NCBI RefSeq assembly: GCF_009834535.1
Contig: NC_045697.1
Span: forward strand, 86,616,001-86,680,000
DNA: 64,000 bases
Direction of reading: 5' to 3'
From: Camelus ferus
Taxonomy: Eukaryota
Shown here one piece after another: positions 13,277-25,129 of this stretch. Position 1 is the first letter of the stretch; every line of letters starts with the position of its first letter. The notes beneath the pieces are model-generated. The model saw only the letters and a program-made list of their open reading frames with translations, had not been told where the DNA came from and did not search any database. The translations under genes and the position numbers were made by a program.

Positions 13277-16200
13277 AAAATTTATTTTTATTGAAGTATA
13301 ATTGATGTATAGTATTATATGTTACATGTGTAAAATATGATGAGTCACAATTTGTAAGGGTTATGCTCCACTTACAGTTATTATACAATATATGGCTACA
13401 TTCTCTGTGTTATATACTATATCCTTGAAGCTTATATTATACATAATAGTTGTATCTCTTAATCCCCTGCCTCTGTATTGCCCTTCCCCCACTTCCCTCT
13501 CCCCACTGGTAACCACTAGTTTGTTCTCTATATCTATCAGTCTCCTTTTTTGTTTTATTTCCTAGTTTGTTTTATTTTTTAGACTCCACATATAAGTGAT
13601 ATTATACAGTTTTTGTCTTTTTCTGACTTATTTCACTTAACATAGTACCTTCCAGATCTGTCCATGTTGTTACAAACAGCAAATATCATTCTTTTTTATT
13701 GCTGAGTAATATTCCATTATATATATATACACGCCACATTTTCTTTATCCATTCATCTATTGATGGCCATTTAGGTTGCTTCTGTATCTTGGCAATTATA
13801 AATAATACTGCTGTTAACATTGGGGGGTGTGTATGTTTTTGAATTAGTATTTTTGTGTTTTTTTCATATATATACACAAGAGTGGCATTGGGGTGCATAC
13901 CTCCAAACTGTTTTCTGCAGTGGCTGCACCAATTTACATTCCCATCAACAGTTTATGAGGGTTCCCTTTTCTCAACATCCTCACCAACATTTGTTAATTG
14001 TCTTCTTTTTGATGATAGCCATTTTGACAGGTGTGGGATAATAGCACATTGTGGTTTTGATTTGCATTTCCCTGATGATTAGCAATGTTGAGCATCTTTT
14101 CATGTGTCTGTTGGCCATGTGCATATTCTCTTTAGAAAAAATGTCTGTTTAGTTCTTCTGCTCATTTTTTAGTTGGGTTGTTTGTTTTTTGATGTTGAGT
14201 TGAATGAGCTGTTAATAGATTTTGGATATTAACACTTTATCAGTCAGATCATTTGCAAATATTTTCTCCCATTATGTAGATTGTCTTTTCATTTTGTAAA
14301 TCATTTCCTTTGGTGTGAAAAAGCTTTTGAGTTTAATTAAGTCCCATTTGTTTATTTTTCCTTTTATTTCCTTTACTTAGGGAGGCAGATTAAAAAAAAA
14401 ATTACTACAGTGTACACTAGAGAGTGTTCTACCTGTGTTTTTCCTGTAGTTTTATGGTTTCTGGTCTTACATTTAGTTCTTTATCCCATTTTGAGTTTAT
14501 TTTTGTATATGATGTTAGAGAATGTTCTAGTTTCATTCTTTTACATGTAGCTGTCCAGTTTTCCCAACAGTTTGTTGAAGAGACTATTTTTTTCTCCATT
14601 GTGTATTGTTTCCTTCTTTGTCACAAGTTAGCCATAAAGTTGTGGGTTAATTTTTAGGCTCTTTGTCCTGTTCCATTGATCTATATGTCTTTTTTGTGTG
14701 TGCCAGTACCATACTGTTTTGATGACTGTAGCTTTGTGGTATGAAGTCAAGGAGTGTTGACTCCTCCAACCTGTTCTTTCTCAAGATTGTTTTGGCTCTT
14801 TGGGGTCTTTTGTGTTTCCATAAACATTTTAAAATTGTTTCTTCTGTGAAAAATGCCATTGGTATTTTGATAGAGATTGTACTGAATCTGCAGATTGCCT
14901 TGGGTATTATGTTCATTTTAACAATACTAATTCTCCCAGTCCAAGAACATAGTATATCTTTCCATTTGTTTGTGTCATCTTCAGTTTCTTTCATCAGTGT
15001 CTCATAGCTTTCCAAATACAGGTCTTTCACCTCTTTAAGTAAGTTTATTCCTAGATATATTATTCTGTTTTGTTTTTTTTTTACATATTTTTGTTGAGTT
15101 ATAGTCAGTTTACAATGTGTCAATTTCCAATGTAGAGCACAATTTTTCAGTTATACATGAACATACATATATTCATTGTCGCATTCTTTTTCACTGTGAG
15201 CTTAGATATATTATTCTTTTTGATGCAAATGATAAGTGGGATTGTTTCCTTAATTTTTCTTTCTGATAGTTTCATGATACTGTATAGAAATGCAATCAAT
15301 TTCTGTAAGTTAATTTTGTATCCTGCAACTTGGCTGAAATCATTGATGAGCTCTAGTAGTTTTCTGGTCGTGTCTTTAGGATTTTCTATGTGTAGTATAA
15401 TTTCACCTGCAAGCAGTGAGTTTTGCTTCTTCCTTTCTAATTTGGAAAATTTTTATTTATTGTCTAATTGCTGTTGCTAGGAGTTCCAATACTATATTGA
15501 ATAAAAGTAGCAAGAGTGAGCATCCTTGTCTTGTTCCTGATCTCAAAGGAAATGCTTTCAGCTTTTCACTGTTGTGTTGTTGGCTGTGGGTTTGTCTTAA
15601 ATGGCCTTTATTATGTTGAGGTATGTCCCATCTACACTCATTATGTTGAGAGTGTGTGTTATAAATGTATATTGAATTTTGTCAAAAAGGGTTTTTTGAA
15701 GCTATTGTGATGATCATGTTATTTTTATTCTTCAATTCGTTAATGTAGTGTATCACATGGATTGATTTGTGGATATTGAACCATCCTTGTATCCCTGTAA
15801 AATCCCATTTGATCAAGGTTGTATGATCCTTTTAATATACTGTTTGATTCAGTTTGCTGATACTTTGTTGAGGTTTTTTGCATCCATGTTCATTAGTGAT
15901 TCTGGCCTGTAATTTCCTTTTTTTGAGATATATTTGGTTTTGTTATCAGGGTAATTCTGGCCTCATAGAATGAGTTCAGAAGTGTTCCTTCCTCTCCAAT
16001 TTTTCAGAATAGCTTGAGAAGGATAGGTGTTGACTCTTATCTAAATTTTTGGTAGAATTCTCTTCTGAAGTCATCTGTTCCTGGACTTTTGCCTGTTGGG
16101 AGGTTTTAAATTACTGATTCAGTTTCATTACTGGTAGTTGGTCTATTTATATTTTCTGTTTCTGCCTGGTTCAGTCTTGAGAGATTGTACATTTCCAAGA

Positions 16201-19200
16201 ATTTGTCCATTTCTTCTAGATTGTCCTTTTTATTGGCATTTAGTTGTTTGTGGTAGTCCCTTATGATCTTTTATATTTCTGTCATGTTGGTTGTAACTTC
16301 TTTTTATTTCTGATTTTATTGATTTGGACCATCTCTCCTTTTTTCTTGGTGAGTCTGGTTAAAGGATTGTCAATTTTGTTTATCTTTTCAGAGAGCCAGC
16401 TTTTCATTTCATTGATCTTTTCTCTTTTTTTTTTTTTTTTTTCTTAGTCTCTATTTCATTCATTTCTGGCTTCTTTCCTTCTACTAACTTTGAATTTTGT
16501 TCATTCTTCTTTCTTTACTTCTTTTAGGTGTAAGTTTAGATTGTTTATTTGAGATTTTTCTTGTTTCCTGATGTAAGCTTGTATCACTGTAAAATTCCTT
16601 CTTACAACTGCTTAAGCTGCATCCTATGGGATGTAAACCTATGGGTTTTGGATCATGTTTTTGTTTTCATTTGTATCGAGGTAATTTTTTATTTCCTCTT
16701 TAATTTCTTCAGTGGCCTATTTGTTGTTTAGTAGCATAATGTTTAACCTTCATGTGTGTGTTTTTTGCAGCTTCTTGTAGTTGATTTCTAGTTTCATAGC
16801 ATTATGGTCAGAAAAGATGTTTGATATAATTTCAGTTTCTTAAATTTACTTATGCTTGTTTTGTGGCTTAGCATGTGATCTGTTTTGGAAATGCCCATGT
16901 GCACTTGAAAGAATATGTATTCTGCTGCTTTTAGATGGGATGTTCTGTTTACATATATTAAATCCATTTGGTCTAATGTCGTTTAAGACCAGTGTTTGCT
17001 TATTGATTTTCTGTCTGAATGATCTGTCCATTCATGTAAGAGAGGTGTTAAAGTCTCCTACTATTATTGTGATACTGTTATTTTCTCCTTTTATATTTGT
17101 TAGTATTTGCTTTATGTATTTAAGTGCTCCCAGTTAGGATGGATATATATATACAATTGTTATACCTTCTTCTTGGATAGGTCCCTTGATCATTATTTAG
17201 TGTCCTTCTTTGTCACCTGTGATAGTCTTATATTATAAAGTAAATTTTGTCTGATAGAAATACTGCTACCCTGGCTTCCTTTTGATTTCTGTTTTCTTTC
17301 ACAAAATGCCGTTTTCTATCACTTTCGGTCTGTAGTGTGTATCTTTAGATCTGAAGTGAATCTCCTGTAAGCAGCGTATAAACAGGTCTTATTTTGTATT
17401 CATTCAGCCACTCTGTGTCTTTTGATTGGTACATTTAGCCCATTTATACTTACAGTAATTACTGATATGTGTGTTCTTATTGCCATTTTGTTAATTGTTT
17501 TGCAGTTGTTTTATGGATCTTTTTTTCCTTTTTTCTTTTGTTTTCTTCTTTTATGATTTTATGTCTAGTGTTATCTTTGGATTCCTTTTTCTTTTTGTGT
17601 ATGTGTATCTATTATAGATTTTTGGTTTGTGGTTACCATGAGGCTTTTTCTAGTAGTCTGTGTGTGTGTGTGTAATTATTTTAAGTTGCTGTCTCTTAAT
17701 TTCAAGTGCATTTTAATAACCATGCATTTGTACTCTCTTCCCATCACAATTATTATTTTTATATCATATTTTTATATCTAATTGTTTTGTATATCCCTTA
17801 ACTGCTTATTGTGGATATAGATGATTTTACTACTTTTGTCTTTTAACTTGCTTACTAGCTTTGTGTGTGGGTGATTTCCTACTTTTACTGTATGTTTGCC
17901 TTTACTGATTAGCTTTTTCATTTCTTAATTTTCATGTTTCTAGTTGTGGCTGTTTCTTTTTCACTTACAGATGTTCCTTTAACATTTCTTGTAAAGCTGG
18001 TTTGATGGTGATGAATTCTTTTAGCTTTTTCTTTTCTGTAACGCTTTTGATCTATCGAATCTGAATAAGAGCCTTGCCAGGTTAAGAGCCTTATAGTTTC
18101 TTTCCTTTCATCACTTTAAATATATCATGCCCCTCCCTTCTGGCCGGCAGAGTTTCTGTTGAAGTCAGCATAGCCTTGTGGGAGTTTCCTTATGTATTAT
18201 TTGTTGCTTTTTCCTTGGTCCTTTTCATATTTTCTCTTCATCTTTAATTTTACCATTTTAATTACAGTGTGTCTTGGTGTGTTCCTCTGAGTTAATACTG
18301 TAACAGACTCTGTGCTTTCTGGACTTGGATGTCTGTTTCCTTTCCTAAGGCAGGGAAGTTTTCAGCTATTAAGTCTTTAAATATGTTCTTAGCATCTTTC
18401 TTCTCTTTTTGGGACCCCTATAGTGCAAATATTGGCGTGCCTGATGTTGTCCCAGAGGTCTCTTAAACTGTCCTTATTTTTTTTTTATTCTTTTTTCTAT
18501 TAAGCATCAGTAGTTTCTGCTACTTTGTCTTCTATTTTGCTGATCCATTCTTCTGTATCATTTAGTCTACTATTGGTTCCTTGTAATGTAGTTTTCGTTT
18601 CAATTATTGTGTTTTTCATCTATGGTGGTTCTTTATATTTTCTAACTCTGTTAAAAACTTCTAACTTCTCACTCTGTATATCTATTCTTCTCTCAAGTTC
18701 TTTGATCATCTTTATGATGACTACACTGAACTCTTTCTTGAGTAGGTTACCTAACCCCACTTCACTTAGTTCTTCTTCTGGGCTTTTATCTTGTTCCTTC
18801 ATCTGGAACATGTTCCTCTGTCACCTCATTTTGCCTAAGTTGCTATTTGTATTTTTATATATCTTGTAGGTTATGTTTCCTGACCTTGGAGAAGTCTGTA
18901 TTTGTATGAGTTCCAGCAGTGCACTCCCCTCCCATCACTTGAACTGTATGCTCTAGGGTTCCCCTTGTGAAGGCTGCATAGGTCCTTCTGTTTTGGCAGG
19001 CTGACCATGTGGGCAGTCTTTAGGCTAGGTTGGTCCCCAGTCCAGTTGTTTGCCAAGTCCTGCCTTGTAGACAGGCTGCCGGCTGCTGGTTGGTGGAGCT
19101 GGGTCACAGGTAGCTGACTGCAGAACTGCAGATAGCCTCAAGGATAGCACTGGCTCACTGTTTGGCAGAGTTAGGGACCAGGAGACTCCAGGGCTGTTGC

Positions 19201-20425
19201 CTTCCCACCAGTGGGTGAAGCCAGGCCCTGGGGTTAACACTGGACTACTGGCAGGCAGAGTCAGGTCCTGGAGTCTGGTTGCAGGGCCTAGGGTCCCAGT
19301 GCTGCTATCATATTGCTGGTGGTGGGGACCAGTTCCTGACACAGTATGGTGTCCAGAGTGTCCCAAACCTTATGCTGGCCTGCTAGTGGGCAGGGCTGTT
19401 GCCCAGATGGTCCCAGGGTAAGGTCTGACCTGCTGATGGGCAGGCTGGGTCCATAACCTGCAGGACTGTAATTTTCTTAAGTCTGATATCTGCCTCCTGG
19501 TAGGTGAGGCTGGTCCAGAGGCTACAGCAGTCTTCCTGGCACCACGGCTGAGACCCAGGGGATTCTGGTGCTGGTGCCTTCCCACTGGTAGATGGAGCTG
19601 GATCCTGGGCCCTCTGGTGGCCAGAGCTATGACCAGAGGCAGCTGTGATCTCAGGAGGTCTTAAGGCAACCTGTCTGCTGAAGGGTGGGGCTGTGTCCCT
19701 GCCCAGTTAGCTGCTTGGCCTAAAGCATCCCACTGGCGCCTATAGGTTTTTGGATCAGGGCAGGGCTGGTTCCTGGGGGCTAATGTAGTTGGATGACTCT
19801 ACAATGTTGCCCACCAGTACTAATGTCCATGTGTTAGAAGGAGCTCCCAAGAATGGCTGCCACCAGTGTCTGTGTGCCCAAGTTGAGATGCAGTTGCCTC
19901 CTGACTCTCCAAGAGACTCCAACAGCAGCAAGTAGGTCTGACCCAAGCTAATAACAAATTAATACTTTTGCCTTTTGTCCTGGAGTGTGTGATTTTGTGT
20001 GTGCCCTTTAAGAGTGAAATCTCTATTTCTCTTGGTCCTCTGGAACTCCCAGAATTAAGTCCCACTATCCTTCAAAGCCACATGCTTTGGGGGCTTATCT
20101 TCCTTCTGCAGGACTCCTGGGTTTGGGGTGTTTGACATGGGGCTCAGACCTCTCATTCCTGTGGGCAAACTTCTGCAGTGTGATTATTCTTCAGCTTGTG
20201 GGTTGCCCACTGGGGGAATGCGACTTGACTCTGTCACAAATCCACCCCTTCTGCCGATCTTTTTTGTGGTTTCTTCTTTATATCTTAGTTTTAGAAGATC
20301 TTTTCTGGTAAGTTCCAGTCTTTTTCATTGATGGTTGTTCTGCAAATAGTTGTGATGTTTGTTTGCTTGTGAGAGGAGAGAGGTGAGCTCAGGGTCTTTG
20401 TGCTCTGCCATCTTGACAGATCTTG
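13277..20425 (-). mobile_element. Near full-length degenerate LINE-1 (5'UTR, ORF1, ORF2, 3'UTR)
   Basis: The 5' end carries CAAGATGGC (20415-20407). GC-rich 5'UTR at ~18870-20420. ORF1 N-terminus MFQMKEQDKSPEEELSE at 18811. ORF2 pieces at 13580-17480. 3'UTR to ~13277. Many stops and frameshifts. Confidence 0.9.
15067..15202 (-). mobile_element. 136-bp L1 3'-terminus insertion with 15-bp TSD
   Basis: Closely similar to 10553-10672. TSD TAGATATATTATTCT at 15052-15066 and 15203-15217. Confidence 0.9.
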
Positions 20426-20719
20426 TTCTTTCTTTTATTTACTTTTTTCCACTACACACAGGCAATAGTCTCAAAACAACAATACCATCACTACCATCAA
20501 TATTATGATTTACTCAATTTAAAATTGTTTTCTTCCTTAGAATATATCCTACCAGATATGTACAGATTAATGTGTTTTAAAGTAACTTAAAATAACTTCT
20601 TCCTGACAATGTGTGTGTGCATGTGCACTCTGTTTTTACACACACAGACACACACATACATAAATACAATATATTTGTATGTAGGTAATTTAAATAGACA
20701 TAGAGAAGTCAAGAATAGA

Positions 20720-21350
20720 GTCTGATTTGTCTGAAAAGATTTGAAATTTTAACATACATTTTTATGGTGTTAGTAAGATTATCAAGTGGAGATATTCAGC
20801 AGTTGGAAATACAGTGACAAACACCTTGAAAATATTTTGGAGTACAGGTAAAAAATTAGGAATTACTTGCAAAGAGGTAATCAAGTTGTGAGAGAAGATG
20901 TTTGCTTCTTCTTAGGGAGTATAAAAGGAAGAACATTAGGGATAGAATCTGAAGGGACACATATTTTGAATTTGGAAAAATAAGAGAAAACATGGAGTTA
21001 TTTGACAGGTAGATAAAGAGTGAGGATATCAGAAAGAGGAATTTCAAGGATAGAATAAGCATTTTCAAGTGCTACAAAGGGTCAATGAGAATGATGACTG
21101 GATTTGGCAACCAGAAGTCCACCAGTAACTAAAACAGCTATTCCCAAACCTGGTTACTTAGTAGAGACACCACTCCAGGTTATCTTGATTCAGCAAAATT
21201 GAGAACAGGCCCCAAATCTACATTTTAACAAATTATTACACTTTGAAAAACACTATCCTACAGAATGAAAAGTTGGTGATATTAGAGGTAAAGTTGGCCA
21301 GAGTCAGGGAATTAATGGGAGGTGAGGATTTGGGAAGAAATTCTATTCTT
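20720..21350 (-). mobile_element. L2 fragment with a probable MER5-like DNA element inside (~21135-21255)
   Basis: L2-like text (gtggagatattcagcagttggaaatac; ggatttggcaaccagaagtc). The inner piece has cagctattcccaaac...tttgaaaaacacta ends. Confidence 0.5.
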
Positions 21351-22919
21351 TAAACAGCTGGATTATGAGAATAATATGGCTTTAGGTAGGTGGGGTTTTT
21401 TGTTTATTTGTTTATAAGATTGGGGATATTTCATCAATGTTCATGAACTTCTAGAGGAGCCTCCTAATGTAATGTTTATGGCTTGTTTGAGGGGATGGTA
21501 GATACGAGGTTAAAGAATTGGCACAGCTGTGGTTGGGTCAGATCTGCTTAAGGAATCTTGGGTAGTGTGAATGCATTACTGAAATGGCTCAAGCCAAAAT
21601 AAAGGAAAAGAAAAGAGGGAAATTGAGTAGATGTAAAGAAATTTCATTGAAGGGGCAGATTATGAGAGAACAGGAGTTTGTGTCAATATTTTCAATGGTT
21701 GAATTCTTAGAAATTTAACTCTGGCCTTTATTTTGTCATGGTCTCCTCACCCTCAGTCTAACTCAGTTATTAGGAGAAATAGTACAGTAGGTAAAATATT
21801 GGCATAAGTGATGGCTTATACAGGGAGATTTAGGGTTCAGTCTATTCAGCTTTTGAGGGGTCTATGTGGGCCCAGAGACAGCTAGAGGCCTGGACAGTCA
21901 GCTCTGTCCTTAGGCAGCCTGTTATTTACCCCCGTGTTCAGTAATGCTAGTTTTATATCTTTGTCATGGTATGAAAAGTTAAGAAAGCAGTGTTCTAAAC
22001 TGTTGAATAAAAAATGTTTTGGTCATGCATTAAGGCATTGCCTGTAGAGGTAGAGCAGACATTAAATTGTATCTGTTATAGGAACTTAAAAATTTTTAGT
22101 TGGGAGGTATTTAGATAATTACATTTCATTTTCCACATAAGGTGAAGTGACATGACAGCATTATTTTATGGAAGCTTTAGATGATCTAACTTATGAAAAA
22201 TAATTTAAGGAAAATCTGTATATGAAATGTGTACAAATAACTTTAAAATATTGACTGGGACTGGATATGAATGTTGTTAGGCTTCATAATAACAGTTAAT
22301 GAAGGATCATGGTTACTTTCAAATGCAAGTTTATTGTCTTTGAGAATGAGCTGAAATTGATGGTTCCTAGATAAAGGTAACTGTTCTTTGATGTGAGAAG
22401 GGAGAAAGAATATTGTTAAGTAAACAGGAAGCATGAGAATTTCCTCTTTAGAAATCTTTTGATCCTGAAACCATCCTATAAATTAAGTTGACTTAAACTA
22501 CAACTTACTACTCTGTCACTTCTTGTGTTATAATAGATGTCAAAAATAATTGATTTTGTTTAATAGTCTCAGTAGTACCAAAGGAACATCTTGACTACCA
22601 AAACAGTATTTGTTCCTGGAAATAACATACATGTTTCTGTTGTTAAAAATTCTGCTGAGCCTGAATTCCCTTTCTTTATGGTACTTTAAATCTGGATTAT
22701 TTTGTTAGAAACTATAATTTTTATTGGTTACATGATGATAGAGGTTAAAAAGGTCTACTACTCCTGGAAAGTTGGTATTACCATTTAAAACTTTTAAATT
22801 AATTATTTATTGAGAGTTGTTTCAATTGTTCTACGTGTTTTAATGTTATGTTTGTCTGTTAGAGTTTTGATCTTGATCGTCCAGGCAACCTTTTTTTTTT
22901 TTAATATCTGCCAGTAGTT

Positions 22920-24560
22920 GACAGTGCCTGAGACCAGTTAGTATCCCAGAGGGGAAGCTTTCAGCACCTAGAATCTAGGCTGATTGGAAGCCAGACCCTC
23001 AAGCAGTAGCTTTTAAAGTATGCAAATATATGTAGTCCTAGTGGGGCTTAGGACCACAAGCCTACAAGCCTAAGCCCCACTAGCCTTCAAGAGCCAGATA
23101 ATCTGGAGGTATCCCCAGAGCAGCATTCACAAAAATTAAGACTCCAGATGAGTGTATGAGCTCCTTTTTGGGAGATACTGTTGAGCTGTAACAAGGCAGA
23201 GGGAAAGTGCAAAAATGGTGTCCCCTGGCCTGTGTTCCCTGAGAGCACATTCATACCCTCTAGATGTGTGCCAAACCTGAAGCCTGCCCTTAAAGCCAAA
23301 GCTCCAGGACTAGCACTTAGGCCTCTTTCACAGAAAACCTGGGGTTATATGTAAGTCAGCTGTGTGGTGCCCTGGAGGGTGATAGCTTCTATGTTAGTCC
23401 CATGATATCCAAGAATGCAAGTCCCCCTGGCCTCTAGAGCTAGGCAATCAAGGGATATCCCATGGGCAGCAGCTACAAAAGCCAGAGAATCAGAGAAGGT
23501 TATGAGTTCTTTCTATAAGATACCAGTGAGCTGAAGTGAGACACAGAGAGCACAAAGATTGCATCCACCTGTTGGATGTTCCCTGAATGCACCTCTGTAG
23601 GTCCTACAGAGTCTCTTAGGTCCCTATATGTGTGTCAGACTAGAAACCTGCCCCTCAGACCACATCTGGACAAGAAAATAGACCTCTTTAACAAAAAGAC
23701 TGGTGGTGTGTTTCAGTATGCAACCTGTGCAGTGCCCTGGGAATGACAGACTTCCAAGAACTGTCTCTCTGCTTGTTATAGCCCCATCAGACCCAGGAAT
23801 GCAAGCCCTTGGTCTCTGGAGCCAGGTTATCAAGGGGCATCCCCTGGGTGACTGCCACAAAAACTAAGTCACCAAGTATAAAAGACCAGAACACCAGATG
23901 TGTGTAGAAGCTCCCCTCCAGGAGATACCAGCATTCTGAAGCACAGCAGAGGGAGTGTGAGTACAAAGATGGTGTCCTCTGGCTTTAGCAAAGCGGAACA
24001 AAAGCAGAAAGATGGCACCCACCAGCATCAGTTTCTAAAGAGTATCCCATCAAGCCCCTGCTCCTCAGCCCAGTGCTTTAAAATTAGGAAATGAATCTCT
24101 TTTATATAAAGTCTAGGTTCTTTTCAAATGACTGCTTCTACACTGGCTGTGGAGCAGGTCAGCCTGTGCACAATCCCTTTAAGAGCTGTTCCCCATTGGT
24201 CCTCAAAGCCAAATACTTGGAGGGCTTATTTCTCAGGTGCTGATCTTAAAAGCTGAAATGTCCAATGTGTGGTATAAGCCCTCTGCTGCTCAGTGAGAAA
24301 GTCCAGGTTTTGAGTTCCTCCTTGTTTGGATCACCTCACAGTGGGTGGGGTTTATGGTGAGATTGTGTTTTAGACTTTCCTATCCTCTTTGATGTGATAT
24401 CCCTCTCATTTGCCCAATGTGAGGGGACAAACTTGTTTTTGCTGGTTTTTAGTTTTGTTTTCAGAGGACATTATTCTGTATATAGCTGTAGATTAGGTGT
24501 GTCCCTGGGAGGAGGTGAGTTCAGGAATTTTTACTTCACCATCTTAAATTGGAGCCTCTC
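22920..24560 (-). mobile_element. Isolated old L1 5'UTR with three degenerate ~350-385-bp monomers
   Basis: GC-richer block ending in cttcaccatctt (AAGATGG-type L1 start). Repeated blocks near 23060, 23410 and 23795. Confidence 0.65.
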
Positions 24561-25129
24561 CACTCAATCTTTATCCAAATTCTTCCTACTTTAAGGACAG
24601 TTTCAAAATAAATTTTCCATGAAATTTGCTCTGAAACCTAGTTTTAAATATCGTTCATATCTCTGAACTCTCACATATCCCATTCCTCCATTGACACATT
24701 TTTACTTTTTATCACTGTCACTAAATTGTAAATATATTCATTTTTTACTTACTGCCTCCTGAGCAGTGACTTTCCTATAGTAATTAGTTAATATTTACTT
24801 ATTGAAAAGTTACCAAGTTTTTACATTTTTCCCCAAGAAAGATAGAGATGTGTGTAGGCATATCTAGAAACAGCTAAATTTACTACTACAGAAATTTGGA
24901 ATGTCTCTGGGTCCCTTAGATATAGATGTTACAGATGAACTATCTGATCACTTACTGCTAGAATTTTAATGACTACACCTCCTGTTTACTGCACTTACTA
25001 AGGTGACTTGTACTTTTAAAAGCTAAGAACTTTCTGAATTAAGAAGGTATATGACACCAAGTTGAATGTGTGGTTTTTTTTACTGAAAAAAAAGAACCTA
25101 AAAACAATTGTTTTCTCTCAGAATTTTAA

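Noticed and set aside
12361..15066. Shared tttattcctagatat at the young L1 truncation point and at the 136-bp insertion site
   Set aside because: Both are the homologous ORF2 position in two L1 copies. Most likely coincidence.
18871..20331. Cluster of ORFs in GC-rich DNA, possibly a gene or CpG island
   Set aside because: Lies in the L1 5'UTR. It is GC-rich but CpG-poor, and the ORFs reflect low stop density.
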